A stretch of 63,351 bases of DNA, filler included, from Perkinsus chesapeaki ATCC PRA-425 (Eukaryota > Protista > Perkinsozoa): assembly GCA_013115145.1 (NCBI GenBank). It is 5 parts of 5 records of this genome, joined end to end, with 100 filler letters (N's around TTAATTAATTAA, not from the genome) between each part and the next. Parts side by side here need not be neighbours in the genome. Positions count along the whole stretch, not along the records: positions 32,511 to 56,848 come from JAAPAO010000545.1; positions 56,949 to 58,825 come from JAAPAO010001747.1; positions 58,926 to 63,351 come from JAAPAO010001262.1; 2 more parts are not named here. One strand, written 5' to 3'. Both the position numbers and the translations under genes were made by a program. Within the stretch, counting starts at the first letter, position 1; every line of letters starts with the position of its first letter. A model generated the notes under the pieces. That model had not been told where the DNA came from. It ran no database searches and saw only the letters and a program-made list of their open reading frames with translations. Of this stretch, positions 54,540 through 63,351 are shown one piece after another.

Positions 54540-56666
54540 ATGGACTTCGACCAGCGGTAGGTATCTTGGCAGCACTGCCACAAAACTAATATCTCTACCG
54601 TTCATTTTATAAATCCCTTCTCGTGAGTAACTAATGAGATTCTAAGGCTTAACAGGCGGCGGTATGGCCTTGTTGGCCGTGCCGCCGCCTAAGGAGAAGG
54701 GGATTTGAGCGTTTCATTATCCAGGCCGAGTTGATATTTGGCGATCGCAAAGTCGCCGAAACACTTTGGTGATTTTTCCTTTTCGATCTCGGGGACGGCG
54801 AGACGATGCTTCTCGGTCAATTTAGTGTTTGTCGCCCTCAGAAATGGAGACCGATAAACGCCAAGTTCGGGTCAAGACTTTTGGTGTACAGCAAAAGTGG
54901 CAACGTGACGACGGACGAACGAGGGAAGGTTGACGAGTTACTAGGAATCATGAAGAAGCAACCTGACGAGGAGGTATCTTTGTGAGCTATGAAAAGCAAG
55001 GTTCAAGCTAAGATACCGGTCGGCTTGCCGTTCAGGAGCAAGGTGTTTCGGAAAGGCCACGTAAGAGGCTGACGTTGACTCCCAGATCGCCGTGACCGCG
55101 AACGTTTCGAAAAATCAGATTTATGTCGGGTTTTGATAATCCTAAGATGCAGTGAGAGCAAATCGATCACGTGATCGATTATTTTTAGAATGTCAGAGTC
55201 ACCGATTTTGAGGGTCCCAAGTGACGATCCCGGTCCGAGAGAGGACAATCTTGGATGGGCGGAGTACTTCATGGCACTGGCGCACGTCACTGCCATGAGA
55301 AGCAAGGATCCATCCACGCAGGTTCGATTCTCGGCGACGGTATTTCAATAAATTAAATACATGCTGCCATCCAAAGCCTTTGTGCGCTGCTGAACTCAAC
55401 AATTAATATCTTTTTAAGCTATTCAATAAATTGTTGTATCGTAATAAAATAAAGAACGTCCAATGCTGCCAGCTTAATTCGGCTCAGTTCCCCTGACCAT
55501 AGAGTGTGTTTCTAGTTCATGTAGAGGCTCTATGATAGAGTGTGTTTCTGGTTCATGTAGAGGCTCTATGATAGAGTGTGTTTCTAGTNNNNNNNNNNNN
55601 NNNNNNNNNNNNNNNNNNNNNNNNNNNNNNNNNNNNNNNNNNNNNNNNNNNNNNNNNNNNNNNNNNNNNNNNNNNNNNNNNNNNNNNAGGCTCTATGATA
55701 GAGTGTGTTTCTAGTTCATGTAGAGGCTCTATGATAGAGTGTGTTTCTGGTTCATGTAGACGACGAACCCGAGGCGATAAAGGAGTCAATAAAGGCTTGT
55801 TCTCAGTCTTACTCTTGAAAGGCGAATTAGCTATGCACGCATGTGCATAGCTAACGGAGCGCGCAATGGATAGCAGCTGTAGAGGTTGTACGACTTTGTG
55901 GTGCTTTGTGTGATCAGGTTGGTGCGGTAATAGTGAATCATGAGAACAAGGTGGTTGGCATAGGGTAAGCTATCACTTTTAATAAGTGGTCGGTTGAAGT
56001 ATAGTTCACGATGCTCAATTGCAAATGCGGCAAATATTTTTGGAAATTAACCGAAGTTGCTGGCATCCATAAATGATGTCACCCTCTGTCACGAGTCCGT
56101 TCATTGCATTCCTTGCATCTCAAACACATTCCACCTGACGTCAAGTTCATCAATTGGAGATCTCCGGTTCGCCGGCGATGCCGACGACGAAGTTGAACAC
56201 GATTAAGTTGTCACGAGACCTGCAAAAATGCTATCTTTTCGGATGTATCAGTCGCGGAATATTTTCAATGATTCGCTCAGCGAAATTGTCAGTAGTGAGA
56301 CTAATAGTCTCGTTGGAGAGTTAGAAATGTGTATCAGGCTGGGTTCGGATCGTCGTTAAACCTTCATCGACTTCTGCTCTGTCGAGAGCTCATAATTGTA
56401 TATCCGTGTTGGATCAGAGGAGCTCATAAGAACGCATAGCGATGCACGCGGAACTCCTAGCCGCTTTCCCGGCTTGTCATTTTTTGTAAAGTGTTGTGCA
56501 AAATATCCGATCCTCCATGTGTTGAAGAGGGCATTGCTCAGCCAGCTGGGGTTGGATTCTCATGGAGAGTTTCGTTCAGATATAACGGCTTCCCATCGAT
56601 GGGCGAGATTGATAATGATGCTCTGTTGAACTGGGGAAAGAAAGGAGATAAACCCATTGAATCAAA
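54540..56666 (+). CDS. DCTD: dCMP deaminase, multi-exon, 3' end lost at the contig end
   Basis: WAEYFMALAHVTAMRSKDPSTQ|VGAVIVNHENKVVGIG|YNGFP. Confidence 0.9.
55500..55760. repeat. 36-bp tandem repeat spanning an N gap (55589-55687) in a dCMP deaminase intron
   Basis: atagagtgtgtttctagttcatgtagaggctctatg units. Confidence 0.95.
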
Positions 56667-56848
56667 GTAGATTATGTTATGAAGCTCCTTGGCGTTAACG
56701 TACCCCCTAGCCCTAAACAACTGCAGGCGTCCGAGGCAGAGCACCTTGTGGTTCGGCATTTTATAGTTACTACTATTTCATGATAAGCGGATTGAGCTTG
56801 CGAATGTAGCGGCTGTGAAATCTCCAGAGATTAAGGGAGTACCGCACG

Positions 56849-56948
56849 NNNNNNNNNNNNNNNNNNNNNNNNNNNNNNNNNNNNNNNNNNNNTTAATTAA
56901 TTAANNNNNNNNNNNNNNNNNNNNNNNNNNNNNNNNNNNNNNNNNNNN
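56849..56948. other. Assembly spacer (N-TTAATTAATTAA-N)
   Basis: Linker embedded in Ns. Confidence 0.98.
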
Positions 56949-57153
56949 CACCGACGCTCCTACTGAGACCACCGACGCTCCTACTGAGACCACCGACGCT
57001 CCTACTGAGACCACCGACGCTCCTACTGAGACCACCGACGCTATTATTGAGACCAACGAGGCTCCAGCTGAGACCACCGAGGCTCCAGCAGAGACCACCG
57101 ACGCTCCTACTGAGACCACCGACGCTCCAGCAGAGACCACCGACGCTCCTTAG
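56949..57153 (+). CDS. C-terminal mucin-like TTDAPTE repeat of a surface protein (5' part in the gap)
   Basis: 21-bp tandem repeat open in frame to TAG at 57151-57153. Confidence 0.7.
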
Positions 57154-58236
57154 AACTCGCGTATTATCTCAATGGTATGGGTTATGATAGGCTAGAGCCA
57201 TCTCTCGAACATTTTTTATACCGGTCGACTGGAGAGCATCTTCTCTCAGTGGAAGAGTCTACCATTTCGTCGTCGTGCATATTCTTAGTATTGTTCACTC
57301 GTCAACGAGTTCAAACAAAGGCTACTTTATTATCCAGTAAAGCGTGATAAGTGTGCCCCGATTATTGTAATTGTTTATCATGTTGTTTGGTTCTCAGTCC
57401 GTTGATGGGTAGTTGAGCATAACCGACTTCCTTGGGTCTCTCAAGAGGACGGAGTCCTTGGTTACTAGTCTGTGGTGCATCCACGGCTCCTATTATTTAG
57501 AAGAGCGTGCCTTGAGTACCAATCGGGAGCCGGCATGGAACGTAACGTCAGAAAGCTCTCAGTGAATCTCCCAATTTGCTAAGAAAGCGTAGCTACAGGG
57601 AAGAAATCAATCATCGGTGAATGCGAGTAGGAATAGATGATGCTAGCTGCATTGAGAGAGTACAATGTGATGAGTAGCACAGGATGACGGAAGCCCGCGT
57701 TGAGGGACTTCATCTCAAGCTGTGGCTCCGGATATTGTCTACAAGTCTTTCGAACTCTAGCTCGGTGTGTTCGTGTAGCTGCGAGTGGTGCTTGTCTTTG
57801 TATAGGATAGCATCATTACTTTAAGATGGCCGATCATACTGAAGTCGTATGTATTAGGGGAGAGTAGCCACTCTCCTGTGTTAATACTGTAAAGTTGGTG
57901 GAGAAGGTACTCCAAATATGGTGAGCGAGTTTACTGAAACTTTACTGAGATATACGGCAGCCATTTCACGACTTGTCGACCACCAAAATGGGAAGCACAG
58001 TGTCCTCGTGTCTGGTCGCCGTTACACAATTGCGCACTGTAAAGATTTTCGCCAAGATTCCTCGGCACGCATGTTCATCCGAATCTGAAACGGTTGTGTG
58101 AGAGAGGAATCTGATGCCGCTAATCGAAATAGCAATAGCATCCGGTGGGTCTTATCAAGTAATCTAAAATCAAGTTCTGATGTCCTTAGCTCTGCACAAT
58201 TTCTACTCAGTTGTGTTTTAATCCGTGCATTCTATT

Positions 58237-58825
58237 ATGATCACCTTCGCTACCGTTTTGATGACTTTTTTCGCCATTGGCCATTCGACAGGAGGATCAT
58301 CGAAACCTGGCATAGGCGCCTATCGTTCCGAAGATACCCCTTTCGTGGGGGATTTTTGTGAAGAGTCTTGCAGTCAAACTGTTGGCTGTGATCAATCCTA
58401 CTGTAAGGAGAATGGTCTCTGCTTCGGTTTATATCACAAAGGCGACTCGAAGTGTTACCAACCTGGCTCTGTTGACAACGATTGTGATGATGCCATGCTG
58501 GAACCTGTGCGATGCGCCGAGTATCCTGAGACCACTTGCCAGGAAGTCTGCGACTCCTTCGATAGTTGCACAAACTCTGATTGGGGTACTTACTGCAAGG
58601 TGTGGCTCGATGTGCCTGTGTGCTTCGGTATTGTCAAGAAATCCGATGGCAGCTTATGCTTCGACTCGGTTGATGAAGAATGTGAGGGTGAAGCCTACCC
58701 GTGTGACGTGAAGGCTCCTTACGAGACCACCGAGGCTCCTTACGAGACCACTGAGGCTCCTTACGAGACCACTGAGGCTCCTTACGAGACCACTGAGGCT
58801 CCTTACGAGACCACTGAGGCTCCTT
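58237..58825 (+). CDS. Secreted Cys-rich protein with two related Cys domains and an ETTEAPY mucin repeat; runs into the gap
   Basis: Signal peptide MITFATVLMTFFAIGHSTGG; two C-x3-C...SYCK/TYCK...CFG...C modules; 21-bp repeats. Confidence 0.8.
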
Positions 58826-58925
58826 NNNNNNNNNNNNNNNNNNNNNNNNNNNNNNNNNNNNNNNNNNNNTTAATTAATTAANNNNNNNNNNNNNNNNNNN
58901 NNNNNNNNNNNNNNNNNNNNNNNNN
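58826..58925. other. Assembly spacer (N-TTAATTAATTAA-N)
   Basis: Linker embedded in Ns. Confidence 0.98.
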
Positions 58926-60571
58926 AGATCTCCGAGCCGTTTCGTGCTGTCCTGGGCGATCGAGATTTCCAGATCCTTTATAGTGCGGGATCTGGACACA
59001 GTAACCGACGGTAACCTCACCACTTTAAGACCTTTGATATCAGCCATGTTGATCGCACGCCACAAAGGAGAAATAAACGGTGTCAACTGAGAGATGACCT
59101 GGGCTACCCAGCACAATCGGCCGCACGACGCCCGCAATGCGGTCACCTCAATGAACTTGACTGCACGGCACTCCCGAATACGAAACAGCACCTCTTCCAG
59201 TTTCCTCACTGGAACACTAACCCGCACATACTCGCCCATCAACTCGATCTTCCTCCCAATCCACTGGACGCAATTACCAACCTGTCCTTTCCGGCAAGAA
59301 AAGGGTAGGTTAAACGCACTCCACAACAACAGTGGGAGACATATTAACCTCATCCTTTCGCGTATCTCTTCAGCAACAACTGATATCAAGGGATCGTCCA
59401 CATAAGTCGAGATTCGGCCTTCTTTCCCCGAGGGACTCAATACCAGTTGGCCTTGTCTCGAAAATAAAGCCGCACCCCGGCACCACAATAAGGGTGACGA
59501 CCGAAAGCCAAATTGTAGTACATCGTACAATATATAGTTTAACGAAGACCCCGTCCTGCAGCAACATACATTGAACGGAAGTTCCTCCTTGGCCACAGGA
59601 AAGAGCTTGAACGCATCCCGAAAGTCCAGAACACAGAACAACCCCGCATCAGTGGCAAACCGGCTCACCCTCGACATCTCCCTCCAGTCGTCAATGACAT
59701 CCTTCATCCTCGGCAGTTGCACCCGCTCATCTACCGTAATCAAACGGTTAACGTTGCTCTGCTTACCATCGACGAGCAGCCTATATCTTTTATTCCCATC
59801 ACCGTCCACCCCATCTTTCTCCGCCAGAGCCACCTTCGAGACCACACACTCTTGATTTCCCAACTCTTTCTTTAATGCGGCCTGGTCAGGGAATATTCGA
59901 CAAAAACCTTTCTCGCGTTCACCCTCGAACAACCGTTGAGTTATCTCCCAATTGGAATCAGCTGAAACATAATTCCTAGGTCTGTCATCACACTCTAGGA
60001 AATGCACAATTTCGGCCCAGTTTCCTAATTCCAACGGAACCTCGCCCTCCGTCGTCGGAGGGAAAACATCACAGCGATTTATAACCTTATTTATACCAAT
60101 CGGGCAACCCTGACCCGTTAACCAATTACACACCTCCATATCCCAATCACCCATAGCCGTAGCCACCAACTTCACTAGTTTACCAAAGATAGGGGAAGAC
60201 GGTGTCCTCCACGTAGCATCAGACGGAACTCCATCACATACCTCCACCAAAGTCTCACGTGCCCGCAGCACAACAGAAGTCTCAAATATACAATCTCTCT
60301 CTTTCCCCAGATTCCCGAGGGCAGAATTCACAGTAGAATCATCTAAAATTTTAAGAAATTGCTTCCTAATTCGCTCACCCAGCACACGACCCTCTGGCAA
60401 GAACCTAGAAGACTCGTACGCCCGCCTAAGACCTCCCAGGAAAGGCCCGTCAACTCCCTTACCACCGCCAGCCATCTTCAATCCGTGAAACAAAGACACC
60501 GTCCCTCCCTCACAAACTTCATTCGCTGGCCTCGTTAACGGACACTTCTGCAGGTCAGTCGCCGCACTCAT
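58926..60571 (-). CDS. Reverse transcriptase ORF (partial)
   Basis: Long uninterrupted intronless ORF with the YVDD catalytic motif. Confidence 0.9.
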
Positions 60572-61922
60572 TCAGGAGTCGTTAACCGGCTTACCGCCTT
60601 GCACCTCACGTTTACCCTCCTTCCTTTCTTTCCTAGGTTGCCCTTTCTCCCTCTTACAATCTCTATTACCCCTCGGCAAATCATGATCACTCCTGCATTT
60701 CAGGCATACATGTCGGCGGCCATCAGGACAGCTAGACCCAGAATGTGCCCCCCATTGGTAAGCATAACAAATCTCCTTAGATTTATCTTTACCAACTGCC
60801 GGACCACCACCATACTGCTTCGGCGGATTGGGTTTTCCGGCCCCCTTGTCCTCAATCCTGAGCTTCGTTACCACCCTATCAACATGTACCGTCCAATATC
60901 GAATGTCATCCGCCGCTGCCACAAATGCATGGCCCCATGTGGGCTGGTCACTCGCCGGTAAATAACCAGCCAGCAAGGATGACCGAAGATTGTCGTCTGC
61001 ATCTAATACCACAGACCAGTAATCACGGTAAGTGGCCGCCAACCCACAGACCACCGACTCATACCGGTCTAGCTCCGCTAGGGTTGCCACTCCAATCATC
61101 GCACACGCAAACTTAAACAACTTGAACGCCTCCTTCCACTCCGCAAAGGACACCATGTCAGCCTTCATCTGCCGCTCTGGTATCCCCTCATCCGATAAAA
61201 CCCAACGAGCCTGGCGAAGCTGCTTCAGCCTGTCACGCTGTCTCGGTTTGAACACAGCTAGATCAGCATAAGGGGGGGCGACCCTGAGCCGTTTGGAATT
61301 TCAGCGCGCTCACCTGCTCTATCGTGGGCAACGATAACTGGTCCATCGCCCCGTAAACAGCCTCAAAAACCATCACACACTGTCGATATTCAGACTCGGA
61401 AATCAACTCGTACGAACTCTCATCAACAAAATCACAATACATTGACATCTTCACCTTCTTCCTTGGCGGCTCGTTGGCACCCGCCTCAGACGATGACACA
61501 GCCCCGCCAGATCTTGATGCCTGAGTACTACTATCGCTTACTGCGGCCTTAAACACAGGGCCCAAACCGCATTCCGCACGGCACATCTCGTACAGCATCG
61601 AAATCCTCGCCTTATCAATAGCAGCCTCGCACTTCGACAACATTTGCGAAACATCTTGTGGTGCAAGGAACGCGAACTCGCATACTTTGGTCGTCTCCTC
61701 AGCGTCAGCAGCAACCGCCAACTCTTCCAAAACCTCTTGCCACAAAGTATCCCTTACCCCCGCCAACTTGCGAAATTCGGTAATGTCAGCCTGACCTCGA
61801 CGCACACAGTCGAGCATCTGATTCTGCCGTTGATCAGTCATCAAAGGGCAAGGAAAAAAAATACACGTGTTAACGTGATACACTGCAACTGTAATCCTCA
61901 TTGTGATATCATAGAGCTTCAC
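60572..61922 (-). CDS. Gag-like ORF split into two frames at a C7 run (about 61272-61278)
   Basis: ORFs 61263-61922 and 60572-61255 join into RPPYADLAVFKP if one C is removed. Confidence 0.7.
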
Positions 61923-63351
61923 TACTCCCCTCTTTCTTTCTCTAATTTGCTACTGCAACTCATCATTCTCGCTCGCCCACAACACAATTCTCGTCTTCCG
62001 CTCTATTTGTACTCTCTAACACTATGTGTTCTACCATCCAGCCATACTGGGCAAATCTAGGTTCGACTCGAACCGTTCGAGCCGTACCACATCGGCTTAG
62101 CGCTGCCTGGCTCGCCTTTGTAAGCTATGGTGTAGAAAAGAAGAGCAAGAAATCCAGTTATCAAGTTACTCAGTAACTGTTACTGGGCTGAGTCGGCCCA
62201 GCTGAGCCTCACAGACAGATGGAAGCCACCCGCACAGTACCTGTGGCTGTTAGCTCAAATGACCCGGTCTCTGGAAAATGGTCTTTTCGAGGGAAAAAGT
62301 GGCCGGAAAGATCTAAGATTCGATAAAATTGAGGCTTATTAATGGTAACCTGATCTTTTTAATGCCTATTTTTGCACCTAGTGAGGATAATTAATAAAAA
62401 TACTTGAGAAAGGATACGTTTATTTAAATATGAGACCGTAATATGATTCAACGGAAAATACATTTTGGAGGAGAACCATAGCCTCGAACTAACATTGCAT
62501 TACCAAGCTGAGGTTCTGCTCAAGTTAGTGACTAAGAATTTAATGGTCAGTATTATTTCCGAATAATCTGATTTCTAGATCTACACAGTATTCAGTCAAT
62601 GTGAAAACAACTGTATTGGAATATATGGGATCTATTATCCATCCAAGTCCACCAACCACCATTGTGGCATTGCAGAGCCAATCTCGAGTGGTAGCAGTGG
62701 TATTAAAAGAAGTGTATAATCTCTTCGCAGTGGTAGCCGCTTATTCGAACGCTCGATGGTCGCTCCACGGTTCAGTGAGTTCTCCATGCTAGGAGGACTA
62801 GGTTCATCAAGCTCATGTAGAAGATTTATTATATATACTAATAACACCTACTTTGAATTCATAGTTTACATACAGCGGTTAACAATATTACGGCAGCATT
62901 TGAACAATATAAATCAAAAGTACAGCAAATAATATATATAACAGAGAACACTGCGTTATAGCGATAACAAATATGTTAATGTGTCTATCACGGTACTACC
63001 GTTACTCCCTAAATTTAGGTGTGTAGTTAAAATCGATTTGGCAACCTTTACCTAACCAGTAATGTCGAATGGTGGTCCTAAGGAGGTATATTCAAGGCTA
63101 TATAAGAACAAGATACTCTGGGTTTAGGGACTCTGGCCGAGAATGGTCTCAAAAGCATGATTGAATCGATATGACTGTAGATGAATAACGCTACAGTATT
63201 ACACCAATATACGTTTCAAACGATGACCAGGGTACTATTAATTAGGGGGTTCTCTAATAGGAGCAGAAAAGCTCAAACTAATAGAGTTTTTTCACACTAG
63301 TAAATAAGTCGTGGCCACATCCACCATCGAGTTGGTGTATGTTGAGGAATA

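Larger units (their letters stand above)
58926..61922 (-). mobile_element. DIRS/Ngaro-type retrotransposon: gag-like ORFs plus reverse transcriptase, 3' part truncated by the gap
   Basis: RT motifs LDFRDAF, LQFGFRSSP, TYVDDPL, WIG. Gag-like C-terminus CYAYQWG..C....HVCLKC...H. The PPYADL.VF.P motif is split by a frameshift. Confidence 0.85.

Overview
This is an intron-rich eukaryotic window, most likely a perkinsid alveolate (Perkinsus-like). That assignment is inferred from an apicomplexan-type PKG, a DXR with a plastid-targeting leader, tiny GT-AG introns, and Cys-rich or mucin-like secreted proteins. It is a pseudomolecule: N-TTAATTAATTAA-N spacers join five contigs, so adjacency across spacers is unproven. 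Recognisable genes are PKG, two tandem intronless secreted LpqC/PHB-depolymerase-like esterases, a SpoVS/Alba-like protein, tRNA-Gln(TTG), PP2C, a CFAP53-like protein, GTP cyclohydrolase I, DXR, a secreted FkbM methyltransferase, a six-finger C2H2 protein, class II DnaJ, RagC/D, RFC3, a PCIF1/CAPAM-like methyltransferase and dCMP deaminase. It also holds mucin-like surface proteins, a DIRS/Ngaro-type retroelement, Gypsy remnants and several minisatellites. The most striking observation is about 16 degenerate tRNA 3'-half fragments (T-loop/B-box, 12 nt, discriminator, often a T-run, never CCA). Most sit at the 5' end of spliceosomal introns of unrelated genes, in either orientation. One intact tRNA-Gln gene lies antisense in an intron with the same layout. 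Gene models were assembled by eye, so exon and gene boundaries are approximate unless stated.
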